Below, in pieces: positions 28,471 through 37,656 of a stretch of DNA of 64,000 nt; positions within the stretch are counted from its first letter, which is position 1, and the number at the start of each line of letters is the position of its first letter. This DNA is from an uncultured bacterium. GTDB taxonomy: Bacteria; Patescibacteriota; Minisyncoccia; Phycocordibacterales; PALSA-1337. The translations under genes and the position numbers were made by a program. The stretch is from contig OY969557.1 of the NCBI GenBank assembly GCA_963701025.1, positions 298,405 to 362,404 on the forward strand, written 5' to 3'. The notes under the pieces are model-generated. The model saw only the letters and a list, made by a program, of their open reading frames with translations, was not told the origin of the DNA and did not search any database.

Positions 28471-29250
28471 ATGCCTTCCGCACCTCATCCGCTCTCTTCA
28501 TATGACCTCGTCATATTCGACCTGGATGGTACGCTTGCTCCGTCGAAATCACCCCTCGAACCCGGCATGGCGGAGCTGGTAATGAAGCTTGCGGCTAAGA
28601 TCAAGGTGGCCGTCATATCCGGCGGCGGCTATCCGCAATTTCAAACGCAGTTTTTGAATGCTCTACCGACTTCTTCGGAAAGCTTCAGCAATCTCTTCAT
28701 ACTTCCCGCTTCCGGCACAAGTCTCTATGTATGGAAAAGCATGTGGCAGGAGCGGTACGCGGAGACGCTCACTCCGCCGGAGAAGGCGGATATCATGCAG
28801 GCCCTGAATGACGGCCTGCGACGGGCGGGTTATGCTCGCCTGGAAAAGACCTACGGCGACATCATCGAAGACCGCGGATCGCAGATCACGTTTTCCGCGC
28901 TCGGCCAGAGCGCGCCGCTCATGCTCAAATCTGCTTGGGACCCAGGAAGGACGAAACGCCTGAAGATCGCCGATATCGTGCAGGCCAAGATACCCAGATT
29001 CGACGTACGCGTTGGCGGCACGACTTCTATCGACATCACCCGTCGCGGAGTGAACAAGGCTTATGGCATCAGGAAACTGGAAGAATATCTCAAATTGGTC
29101 CCCGATAAGATCGTCTTTGTCGGAGACGCGCTGTTCCAGGGCGGCAACGACTATCCGGCCAAAGCCACCGGCGTGGATTGCATACAGGTCAAAGGACCGG
29201 AAGAGACAAAAAAACTTATCCAGGATTGGCTATTAGGAACTTCTGTATGA
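28471..29250 (+). CDS. HAD-IIB hydrolase, eukaryotic-type phosphomannomutase-like
   Basis: FDLDGTLA, VISGG, IEDRGSQITFSALG, GGTTSID and GDALFQGGND. Confidence 0.88.
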   Translation: MPSAPHPLSSYDLVIFDLDGTLAPSKSPLEPGMAELVMKLAAKIKVAVISGGGYPQFQTQFLNALPTSSESFSNLFILPASGTSLYVWKSMWQERYAETLTPPEKADIMQALNDGLRRAGYARLEKTYGDIIEDRGSQITFSALGQSAPLMLKSAWDPGRTKRLKIADIVQAKIPRFDVRVGGTTSIDITRRGVNKAYGIRKLEEYLKLVPDKIVFVGDALFQGGNDYPAKATGVDCIQVKGPEETKKLIQDWLLGTSV

Positions 29251-30205
29251 GAAGATCCGTATCCGCCTGCCTTCTGTCATAATCCGAACCCATGACGATA
29301 AAGACGATCGGCTGGCCGTCGACTCGCAATATGGTCATCATCGTCTCCCCCGCCTCGGGCGTGCGGCCGGTCTTGCCGCCGATGAAACGTGGGTCGTTCA
29401 CGAACGGATGGATGCTGTCGAAGCTATGGGCGCCGTGATCGGTCGTCGTGGCGACGCTCGCGTGAGCTATGCGCGTCAAGGCGAGGATGTCCGGCCGATG
29501 TACATAGAGATACCGGGCCAGGGCGAACATATCTGTGGCTGAAACCTGGTTGTGCGGGCTTATGCCCGATGGATCGGCGAAATACGCCGTAGGCATGCCG
29601 ACCTCCCAGGCATAGCTCGACATGAGCCCCAGGAATCTCTGGCGATCGGAGGACGATGCGATGGCTTCAGCCGCCACATTGGACGAGTCTAGGAGAAGCG
29701 GATAGAGAAGCTCTTGGAGCGTGAATATCTCGCCGGCATGGAGGTCGCTTCCGTCCTGCGGAACATCAGTCTCCGACGCAGTGATGATTATGGTCGTGGT
29801 CGGCGACATGGTATCGGTCGCCGCTATTGTGGTGATCAGTTTCGACATGGATGCGACCGGCAGTACGGCCGCGGCGTTCGAGCTTAAGTAGACCTGGCCT
29901 GTGAGGACATTGCCGACGATGTAAGCCTTGGCGGTGATCTCATCCGGCGAACGGACTACGGGCATCGGTTGCGGCGAGAGGCCCGTATCCTGATATTGCG
30001 TGGGGATGGCGGTCGTAGACAGCGGTATAAGGACCTGGGATGGCGTAGAAGCCGATGGCGACAGGATAGCCGGTCGGACGATGAGCGACGGCTGAATGTA
30101 CGGAGACCATATCATCTGTTCGACTCGTACTCCGGCCGCTATGCCGATGATCACTAGACATGCAGCGAGAAGGATGAGCGTCTTCGTCTGGTTAGCAGGT
30201 GGCAT
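29216..30205 (-). CDS. D-alanyl-D-alanine carboxypeptidase (peptidase S11)
   Basis: ASMSK (SxxK), SSN and KTG motifs with an N-terminal TM. Confidence 0.9.
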   Translation of the reverse strand: MPPANQTKTLILLAACLVIIGIAAGVRVEQMIWSPYIQPSLIVRPAILSPSASTPSQVLIPLSTTAIPTQYQDTGLSPQPMPVVRSPDEITAKAYIVGNVLTGQVYLSSNAAAVLPVASMSKLITTIAATDTMSPTTTIIITASETDVPQDGSDLHAGEIFTLQELLYPLLLDSSNVAAEAIASSSDRQRFLGLMSSYAWEVGMPTAYFADPSGISPHNQVSATDMFALARYLYVHRPDILALTRIAHASVATTTDHGAHSFDSIHPFVNDPRFIGGKTGRTPEAGETMMTILRVDGQPIVFIVMGSDYDRRQADTDLLIQKFLIANPG

Positions 30206-30246
30206 CGTCCGTTAACTGTAGCGGGGAGCGGGGCGAGAGTCAAACA

Positions 30247-30738
30247 TCACCTCGTCACCGAGATCGTCGCAGTCAGCTCTCCCGTGGAACTAGCGGTAAC
30301 CCGTCCATTCGCGTCGCGGAAGATCTCATAGCCGGTATTATAACTGCTCGTCGAAACGTACGAGGCGCTGGCGAGAGATGGATCAAAAGGTAAGGATGAA
30401 AGGTAATCCGGCACGAGGCATGGCGCGAGATCGACGGAGACAGCGCTTTCCGGACCGCTTTTGATGACAGCGGGGGTTTGGGGTAACTCCTTCGTAAGAC
30501 CGTTACAGACAAAAACGCCTCTGTGTTCGGAGATGTTTTGTCCGACGGCATTCAACAACGCATTCACGTTGCTCACTCGCTGGGAATCGCGGGCCAACTT
30601 GAATTGGCGGGCCGGATTGACGGCGACTAGGACGACCGCGGCTAGGACGGCGATGATGCCGATGACGACGAGCACTTCTATAAGAGTAAAAGCCCGTTTG
30701 GAAATGGACTTCTTGATACACGCATGAGGATCATTCAT
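30247..30738 (-). CDS. Type IV pilin (probable major pilin)
   Basis: RA|FTLIEVLVVIGIIAVLAAVVLVAVNP, ARDSQR, and a Cys pair. Confidence 0.92.
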   Translation of the reverse strand: MNDPHACIKKSISKRAFTLIEVLVVIGIIAVLAAVVLVAVNPARQFKLARDSQRVSNVNALLNAVGQNISEHRGVFVCNGLTKELPQTPAVIKSGPESAVSVDLAPCLVPDYLSSLPFDPSLASASYVSTSSYNTGYEIFRDANGRVTASSTGELTATISVTR

Positions 30739-30784
30739 GATTGAAAATGATTACCTGATAATCCACCTATCATACCGGTACGGG

Positions 30785-30850
30785 ATAAAGAACTGATGAA
30801 ATTCTCCTCAAGGAATGATGAAGATCCGATAAAGAAACGATGAAGAAACT
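30785..30850 (-). promoter_or_regulatory. Array of six tandem 11-bp repeats upstream of the pilin promoter
   Basis: Plus strand ataaagaactg atgaaattctc ctcaaggaatg atgaagatccg ataaagaaacg atgaagaaact; -10 TATGAT at 30769-30774. Confidence 0.7.
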
Positions 30851-31167
30851 CCTTCAAGGCGAGCAGAAGCCTGAATGGAGACGTTTCCCGCAATGTCGCG
30901 GGAGACCACGGCGGTACAACCGAGTTCAGAGATATCGAACGGCCCGGCTAGAAAATGATCCTTGGCCGCCATCAAAGCCGCGGAATCGAGACATGCCTCG
31001 GCGTTCATCGCGGCTTGAACGCGCAATTCGCGCCTATCGACGGCATCTTCATACGAAACCGCCGAACCTAGGGCTGCCAGGGAAAAAGCCATGACACCGG
31101 CGGCGAGCATGATCACGGCGGTGACAGCGATGAAACCTCTATTCTTCATAAGCGTCTTGGATGTCAT
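30808..31167 (-). CDS. Minor pilin-like protein (PilX-like)
   Basis: RG|FIAVTAVIML prepilin-like N-terminus, AEAC motif; lies in the pilus operon. Confidence 0.75.
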   Translation of the reverse strand: MTSKTLMKNRGFIAVTAVIMLAAGVMAFSLAALGSAVSYEDAVDRRELRVQAAMNAEACLDSAALMAAKDHFLAGPFDISELGCTAVVSRDIAGNVSIQASARLEGVSSSFLYRIFIIP

Positions 31168-31300
31168 GGCTCAACGCGATATCATCGAAATGAATGGCCC
31201 ACGCGTATCGTATGAAGGTAGCCATTAGCATCGAGAGCAAAGCCGAATATATGACGACTTCTATGAGAGTCATGCCGTTTTTAGTTGAATGATATTTCAT
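31139..31300 (-). CDS. 53-aa mini prepilin (not in ORF track)
   Basis: Manual translation MKYHSTKNG|MTLIEVVIYSALLSMLMATFIRYAWAIHFDDIALSHDIQDAYEE; overlaps both neighbours. Confidence 0.7.
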   Translation of the reverse strand: MKYHSTKNGMTLIEVVIYSALLSMLMATFIRYAWAIHFDDIALSHDIQDAYEE

Positions 31301-32699
31301 ATATGACCGGGGCCGTAGCGGCCAGTATATACAGACGATCGCCGTCGCAGGTGAGCCTCTGCGGCGCTACGGGCAATGAATAAGAGACCGTCGTCGTAGA
31401 AAGAAGACGGTCGAATATTTGGAATTCCTTGTTGACCTGCCGAGTAGCCAGGTATGCATGAGAGCGATCGACGACCATGCCATAAACACCGCCGGGAATA
31501 TCTATTGAATTGTATACGGAGAAATTCTCTGGGGAGTATGTGGATGAAGCGGATGCGGTCCAGGTGAAAGCTTCATGGTCGGTCGTTATGTTAAAACCGC
31601 CAGATGTCCTGCCGAATCCCAATGAATCCTCAAAATACGAGAGAATCTTCCCTTCCTGACGCGACCAGCCGGATGGCGAAAATGAATCGACGAGAATGGG
31701 CGATGCCGGTTGGGACACGTCTATGCGACGCAATTGTTTTTGGTCGGAATCGGCGACATACGCAACTCCGTTACGAACAAATATATCATTAACCTTACTA
31801 CCAGTCTTAACGCTACCCGTCTTTATAGGCGAGGCGGGATTTGAGATATCGATGATGGACATTTCATCTCCGTCCCATTTCTCCGTGCCGAGATAGACTT
31901 TGCCATTGTCAAAAAATATGCTGCTCCCGACCGGTTCCGTCGCCGTGGCGTATGGTGGCGGTAACTTATATTTCTTCTCAAGGACCAAGCTATCCAATGA
32001 GTCCATTCTGATGACATGAAGCTGGGCCGCCGTACTGGCGGCCGCGGCATATACTCTGGCGCCGGCAAGAGCGATGGCGGCTATGCCCGGACCGGTATTG
32101 ATAGAGGATAGGATCTTCGAGTGAACCGGATCTTTGATATCAATAACGAAGAGGTCCGGATCGGACGCTGTTGATGAATCACCAGATACGTACGCGATGC
32201 CATCCCTGACTTCGAGATCGGTCAATGGCAGAAGCGGACCTATCGGCAGAATGATCGGCGTAACGGATATCATGGCCGGTTCGAGGGTATATCCCGAGTG
32301 CGCAGCATCTGGATGCAGGAATGCATATGAACCGACGATGGCGTGATCGAAAAAATCGGCCGCACAAAGCGGGGTTCCGGCAGTATCGGCTAGGTGAGCG
32401 CTGTCTCGAGACTTGATACGGACGAATGAGACGGGCTGGGCGAACACGGACGTCGAGGAAGCCGTCATGTCGGTTTCAACGCGGTCATTGCCGAAAGGCC
32501 GGCTCGATGAAGCAGTATAAGACGATCTTTCAAACGCGTCCAAGAGTACGGACCGATCATGTGCTCGATCGAAGACGGAGCGAGCTCCGATTGATGATCC
32601 CGTGATAATAGTCGTAAAAAGTACCGCTAGCGAAAGGGCTAATATAATATCGACCAGGATCATTCCGGCTCTAATGTTGAAGGGCTTTCGATACGTCAT
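31281..32699 (-). CDS. Pilin-like protein with LVIVD-repeat beta-propeller
   Basis: AG|MILVDIIL N-terminus; repeats LFVIDIKDP, SIIDISNPASP and RIDVSQPASP. Confidence 0.8.
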   Translation of the reverse strand: MTYRKPFNIRAGMILVDIILALSLAVLFTTIITGSSIGARSVFDRAHDRSVLLDAFERSSYTASSSRPFGNDRVETDMTASSTSVFAQPVSFVRIKSRDSAHLADTAGTPLCAADFFDHAIVGSYAFLHPDAAHSGYTLEPAMISVTPIILPIGPLLPLTDLEVRDGIAYVSGDSSTASDPDLFVIDIKDPVHSKILSSINTGPGIAAIALAGARVYAAAASTAAQLHVIRMDSLDSLVLEKKYKLPPPYATATEPVGSSIFFDNGKVYLGTEKWDGDEMSIIDISNPASPIKTGSVKTGSKVNDIFVRNGVAYVADSDQKQLRRIDVSQPASPILVDSFSPSGWSRQEGKILSYFEDSLGFGRTSGGFNITTDHEAFTWTASASSTYSPENFSVYNSIDIPGGVYGMVVDRSHAYLATRQVNKEFQIFDRLLSTTTVSYSLPVAPQRLTCDGDRLYILAATAPVIYEISFN

Positions 32700-33717
32700 A
32701 GATAGGCATCATGATGGATAATGCGATAGCCCCGACGGCGCAACCCATAATCGCCATCATGGCCGGTTCGACGAGAGCGGTCAGTCGTTTGAGCGCGTGT
32801 TCGATATCGCGATCGAGAATACCAGACGCCCGTACAAGGGAAGAGCCGAGGGATCCGGAGGCCTCACCGGCAGAAACGAGTGGCGCTATATAAGGCGGTA
32901 CGCGCCTCATGTCCGCCAATATGCCTCCGAACCTGACGCCACGGGATATATCGACTGACTTTTCCTCGAATGACCGGCGCATTGGTACAAAAGGCATCGC
33001 GCCGACGGCCCGTGCGTACGACTCGGCGAGAGCGGCTCCCGATCCGACGAGCGAACCGAGAGAGCGCGTCATGAGGGCAAGCGAATAGCATCTCGCTAAC
33101 CATCCGACAACAGGCAGATGAAGAACAAGCGTGTGGCACAACCAGCGGACATGAAATATCTTCTTATACATAAAGACTGAAAGAAAAAATATGACAATAC
33201 CGCTCGATAATGCATACAAACCGTATTTAACAAGATTTTCCGACAGAAAGACGACGACGCGCGTGAGGAGTGGTAGCTGCACATGCAGGCTTTTCAGCAA
33301 AGGGATGATCTGCGGCATGACTCCACGCATGAGTCCTACGGTCATGACGACGGCGAACACGCCTATGATGGAAGGGTACGCCATAGCCGATAGGCAAGTT
33401 TTGATCAGAGCGTCTTCCCTTTCCAAGATCATCCTGGCTGAAGCCATGGCTTCAGCCAGTCCGCCGGAATCCTCGCCATGCTCTATGAGACCGACGATCG
33501 TCGGCGATATCTTCAGCCGTTCATGAAGATTGCGCGACAATAGACCGCCGTCTTCGACCGATATTCTGATACGGTCGATAGCCATCTTCTGTTTTTTTGA
33601 AATCCCGGAACCCGCCGTGGACAATGCTTCGGTCGGTGACAAGCCCGCGGACAAGTACATCTCCAGACGCTCGAGGAGAAGGATGAGGTCACGACGCTTG
33701 AATCCGCCTTTCATCAT
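32671..33717 (-). CDS. pilC: Type IV pilus platform protein PilC/GspF family
   Basis: GEDSGGL, AMAYP, GEASGSL, LVEPAMM and MMPIY. Confidence 0.9.
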   Translation of the reverse strand: MMKGGFKRRDLILLLERLEMYLSAGLSPTEALSTAGSGISKKQKMAIDRIRISVEDGGLLSRNLHERLKISPTIVGLIEHGEDSGGLAEAMASARMILEREDALIKTCLSAMAYPSIIGVFAVVMTVGLMRGVMPQIIPLLKSLHVQLPLLTRVVVFLSENLVKYGLYALSSGIVIFFLSVFMYKKIFHVRWLCHTLVLHLPVVGWLARCYSLALMTRSLGSLVGSGAALAESYARAVGAMPFVPMRRSFEEKSVDISRGVRFGGILADMRRVPPYIAPLVSAGEASGSLGSSLVRASGILDRDIEHALKRLTALVEPAMMAIMGCAVGAIALSIMMPIYDVSKALQH

Positions 33718-34829
33718 GAATGTAATACGCGCAACACCTCCGCCTTGCTGGTCACTCCCCATTCGGCTTTTTCCATGCCGTCGTCGATGAGCGGACGGAA
33801 GCCTTGCGAGCGTGCGTATTCGAGGCAAACGGACACTGGTTCTTTGCGGGCAATGAGCTCCTTCATCCTTGCGTCTATCTCGCAGGCCTCGACGATTATC
33901 GAACGGCCCTTGTAGCCGGAATCCCGGCATGAGACGCACCCTTCGGCGTCGCATGACTGGCATACGTTCCTGACCAGGCGTTGAGCTATGACCAGAGTCA
34001 GAGTCGAAGCTAAGAGATATGGATCGACGCCCATGTCGATCAAGCGCGGTATAGCTTCTATGGCGGAATTGGTATGGAGGGTGGAAAGGACCAGGTGACC
34101 AGTCAAGGCGGTGTGAACGGCGACGAGAGCCGTCTCATGATCCCGTATCTCGCCGACCATGATGACGTCTGGATCCTGGCGCAGAGCGGCGCGCAAGCCG
34201 GAAGCGAAGGTGACGCCATGGGTATGGCGTATGTGGACCTGGCGCACGCCGGCGATCTCGTATTCCACCGGATCTTCCAGAGTGATGACCGATAGCGGTT
34301 CCCTGGCTTTGAGCGAGAGACAAGTATGCAGAGTCGTCGTCTTGCCGGAGCCGGTCGGACCGGTGACTAATATAAGACCGTGTGTCTTCTTCAAGGCTTC
34401 GTCTATGAGGCGTACCTGGTCCGGGATGAAACCGAGCCGGGCGAATGATATGTCCGTGGACGACCCGGCAGGCAAAAGACGTATGACGGCATTTTCGCCG
34501 TGATACGTCGGCATGAATGAGACGCGCATATTATAGACGGCGCTTTCGAGCTTCATGCGCCAGCGACCGTCCTGCGGCACGGCATGTATATCCGTGCGTG
34601 CGCCGGACAGGATCTTTAGCCGGGCGATCATCTCCTCGTGAAGCCGCTTAGATATAGTCTCCATGCTTTCCATGATTCCGTCGATGCGCACGCGTACCAG
34701 CGTGCCGCAGGCATCGGGATCGATGTGTACGTCCGAGGCGCGTACGGAAGCGGCCCGCTCTAGGAGGCTTTCTATGGCCGCCGAAGCCGTGGCGTAATCG
34801 CGCGTTCCACTCATATTTTCGTTCTTCAT
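33714..34829 (-). CDS. pilB: Type IV pilus assembly ATPase PilB/GspE family (no N-terminal domain)
   Basis: ASDVHIDP, PQDGR, GPTGSGKTTT, LRQDPDVIMVGEIRD and TGHLVLSTLHTN. Confidence 0.93.
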   Translation of the reverse strand: MKNENMSGTRDYATASAAIESLLERAASVRASDVHIDPDACGTLVRVRIDGIMESMETISKRLHEEMIARLKILSGARTDIHAVPQDGRWRMKLESAVYNMRVSFMPTYHGENAVIRLLPAGSSTDISFARLGFIPDQVRLIDEALKKTHGLILVTGPTGSGKTTTLHTCLSLKAREPLSVITLEDPVEYEIAGVRQVHIRHTHGVTFASGLRAALRQDPDVIMVGEIRDHETALVAVHTALTGHLVLSTLHTNSAIEAIPRLIDMGVDPYLLASTLTLVIAQRLVRNVCQSCDAEGCVSCRDSGYKGRSIIVEACEIDARMKELIARKEPVSVCLEYARSQGFRPLIDDGMEKAEWGVTSKAEVLRVLHS

Positions 34830-34851
34830 GCGGAGAGCATATCAGGGTGAA

Positions 34852-34917
34852 ATAAAGAAACGCTCAAGAAAGTCTCAAGAAACGATGAAGATCGGATAAA
34901 GAAACGCCGAAGATTTT
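34852..34917 (-). promoter_or_regulatory. Array of six tandem 11-bp repeats upstream of the pilB promoter
   Basis: Plus strand ataaagaaacg ctcaagaaagt ctcaagaaacg atgaagatcgg ataaagaaacg ccgaagatttt; -10 TATGCT at 34836-34841. Confidence 0.75.
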
Positions 34918-34958
34918 TCCGTTTTTCATTTTGCGCCTTTATTTGCTACAATTCACCC

Positions 34959-36185
34959 ATGTCCAAAGACAAAAAGCTCTCTACTGATCCGTACAAGGGC
35001 GTCCGCGACTTCTACCCGGAAGATATGGCCGTGCAGGAATATATCTTCAATATCTGGAAAAAGACCGCCGAAAGCTTCGGCTATGAGCAATACAACGCGT
35101 CAGTCCTCGAACCTGCGGAGCTCTTCAAGGCGAAGTCAGGCGAAGAGATCGTTCTGCGGCAAACCTATACCTTCACTGATCGCGGCGACCGCGAAGTGAC
35201 CCTGCGCCCGGAGATGACGCCGACCGTGGCCAGGATGGTGGCCGCCCGTAAGCGCGAGCTCTCATTCCCCCTGCGCTGGTACTCGATCCCCAATCTCTTT
35301 CGGTATGAGAGCCCCCAGCGCGGACGCCTGCGCGAACATTGGCAACTCAACGTCGACCTCTTCGGAGTCGACTCCGTCGAAGCGGACGTGGAGATCATCT
35401 CCATGGCCCACAAGACTATGAAGAATTTTGGGGCGAAGGATGAGGATTTCGAGATACGCCTGAATAGCAGGGCTTTCCTGGATGATGTATTGGAAAAGGA
35501 GCTCGGCCTCCTCACGCAAGAAGAGAAAAATCCCGTATTGAAGATACTTGACTCTTCCCGCAAGAATCCTCTATGGAAAGGCGAGCTAGCGAAGATCGTC
35601 GGTGAAGCGAAAACCGACAAACTATTCCACGCTTTCACTAAGGAAGAATCCGAAAAGAAGTTCTGCGGCGCGATCTGGAACAGGCTTTCAGACCTAGGCA
35701 TAAAGAACATCCGCTGGGACGGCCATCTCGTCCGCGGTTCCGATTACTATACCGGCATAATCTTCGAGATATTCGACTCCAGTCAGGAGAATCGCCGTTC
35801 GCTCTTCGGCGGCGGCCGTTATGATGATCTGGCATCTCTCTTCGGCGGCGACAAGATCCCAGCCGTAGGCTTTGGTATGGGTGACGTTACGATCCGGGAT
35901 TTCCTCGAGACCCACAAGCTCCTACCTCCATTCACGAGTCCGACCGAGATACACATCTGCACCCTCGACGAGCGATTCATCCCCGATGCCGAGGCCCTCG
36001 CCGAGAAGCTGCGCGCCAAGGGCAAGACGGTGTCCATCAACCTCACGGCTAAGAAGATCGGCGACCAGATCGGCTGGGCTGATAAGCATCGCATACCGAA
36101 GGTCATCGTCATCGGGGAGGAGGAAATGAAGACCGGAAAATACAGACTAAAGACTCTGGCTACGGGAGAGGAGACCGTCTTGTGA
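34959..36185 (+). CDS. hisS: Histidine--tRNA ligase
   Basis: KGVRDFYP, LRPEMT, FRYESPQRGRLREHWQ, VRGSDYYTG and GGGRYD. Confidence 0.97.
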   Translation: MSKDKKLSTDPYKGVRDFYPEDMAVQEYIFNIWKKTAESFGYEQYNASVLEPAELFKAKSGEEIVLRQTYTFTDRGDREVTLRPEMTPTVARMVAARKRELSFPLRWYSIPNLFRYESPQRGRLREHWQLNVDLFGVDSVEADVEIISMAHKTMKNFGAKDEDFEIRLNSRAFLDDVLEKELGLLTQEEKNPVLKILDSSRKNPLWKGELAKIVGEAKTDKLFHAFTKEESEKKFCGAIWNRLSDLGIKNIRWDGHLVRGSDYYTGIIFEIFDSSQENRRSLFGGGRYDDLASLFGGDKIPAVGFGMGDVTIRDFLETHKLLPPFTSPTEIHICTLDERFIPDAEALAEKLRAKGKTVSINLTAKKIGDQIGWADKHRIPKVIVIGEEEMKTGKYRLKTLATGEETVL

Positions 36186-36221
36186 TGATCCTTTTACTTC
36201 TTGATTTTTACTCTTCCCTTT

Positions 36222-36797
36222 ATGCGCGTCATAACTTTAGACCTAGAGACAAAGAACACGTTCCAAGACGTCGGATCGAATGATCCGGCCGATCTCGACA
36301 TGTCGGTCGTCTGCATCCACGATTCAGCTGACGGCGCCTGCAGGAGCTTCCTAGAGACGCAACTGAAGGACCTCTGGCCGATACTAGAGCAGGCGGATAC
36401 GCTCATAACCTGGAATGGAGACCATTTCGACATTCCCCTGCTCAACAAATACTATCCGGGCGACTTATCCAAGATAAAGAGCCTGGACCTTATGAAGGAA
36501 GTGCAGACTGTCCTCGGCAGGCGCCTCAAGCTAGACACGGTAGCCGAAGCCACTCTGGGAAAGAACAAATCCGGCCACGGCCTGGAAGCCATAGAATGGT
36601 GGAATGCCGGCGAGATAGACAAGCTCATCCGATATTGCATAGAGGATGTCTGCATAACCCGCGAACTGTATGATTACGCCATGGCCAACGGCCTCTTGAA
36701 ATACAAAGACGGCGGCGTTCTGAAAGAGATCAAGCTCGATACCTCGCGCTGGCAGGAGTCTGAAAAGAGCGCTATGACATTCACCTTACCTTTTTAG
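36222..36797 (+). CDS. RNase H-like (YprB/DnaQ-like) 3'-5' exonuclease domain protein
   Basis: LDLET, WNGDHFDIP and YCIEDV motifs. Confidence 0.85.
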   Translation: MRVITLDLETKNTFQDVGSNDPADLDMSVVCIHDSADGACRSFLETQLKDLWPILEQADTLITWNGDHFDIPLLNKYYPGDLSKIKSLDLMKEVQTVLGRRLKLDTVAEATLGKNKSGHGLEAIEWWNAGEIDKLIRYCIEDVCITRELYDYAMANGLLKYKDGGVLKEIKLDTSRWQESEKSAMTFTLPF

Positions 36798-36891
36798 GGC
36801 GTAGGGTAGAGGGTATAGTAAATCATCTGCTATACCCTATACCCCATACCCTTGCTATACTACTGCCATACCCATAATAACTAAAAATGTA

Positions 36892-37656
36892 ATGGATCCC
36901 AAAAATACCCGCTCACAGGCTATCACCATACCCGGCGCCATCATCGTGGCGGCCGCCATTATCGCTATTGCCATCGTATGGGCGACTAAGCCGGCAAAGG
37001 CTCCGGTCGCGGCGAATACGCTTCCCGGACAGATGCCGCAAGTCAATATGGCGCCAGTCACAGCCGCGGATCATATCCTAGGCAATCCGGCCGCTCCAGT
37101 AAAGATAGTCGAGTACTCCGATCCATCATGCCCGTATTGCCAGATGTTCAACCAGACCATGGAGCAAGTCATGAGCGTATACGGAGCGAGCGGCAAGGTG
37201 GCCTGGGTATACCGCCAATTCCCCTTGGATAAGCCGGATGCGAATGGCAATGTCCTCCATCCGCTCGCCGGCATTCAAGCGGAAGGATTGGAATGCGCAG
37301 CCGCTCTCGGCGGCAACAGTGCTTTTTGGGCGTATGAAAAGGAGTGGTTCTCCACATTTCCTTCCAATGGAGCCGACGAAGCAGCTTCCCTGAACAGCCA
37401 ACAGATGGCGCAGGTGGCTAAAGACGTCGGCCTCGATGCCTTGGCATTCAATGATTGCGTGACGAGCAACCAGTTCAAAAGCAAGATCGACGCCGAATAT
37501 ACCGACGGCATAAATGCCGGCGTCCCCGGCACGCCGTTCAATATCATCATCACGCCTTCAGGCAGTACAATCCCATTGACCGGGACGAACGGTGGCGCGA
37601 TATCTTATTTGACGCTTAAGTCTGTACTGGACACATTACTCACCGGGAGCCAATAG
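36892..37656 (+). CDS. Membrane-anchored DsbA/BdbD-like thioredoxin-fold protein
   Basis: DHILGNP, EYSDPSCPYC and GVPGTP. Confidence 0.9.
   Translation: MDPKNTRSQAITIPGAIIVAAAIIAIAIVWATKPAKAPVAANTLPGQMPQVNMAPVTAADHILGNPAAPVKIVEYSDPSCPYCQMFNQTMEQVMSVYGASGKVAWVYRQFPLDKPDANGNVLHPLAGIQAEGLECAAALGGNSAFWAYEKEWFSTFPSNGADEAASLNSQQMAQVAKDVGLDALAFNDCVTSNQFKSKIDAEYTDGINAGVPGTPFNIIITPSGSTIPLTGTNGGAISYLTLKSVLDTLLTGSQ

Noticed and set aside
30785-34917. CRISPR array interpretation of the 11-bp repeats
   Set aside because: Units are contiguous and degenerate with no spacers, and there are no cas genes in the window.
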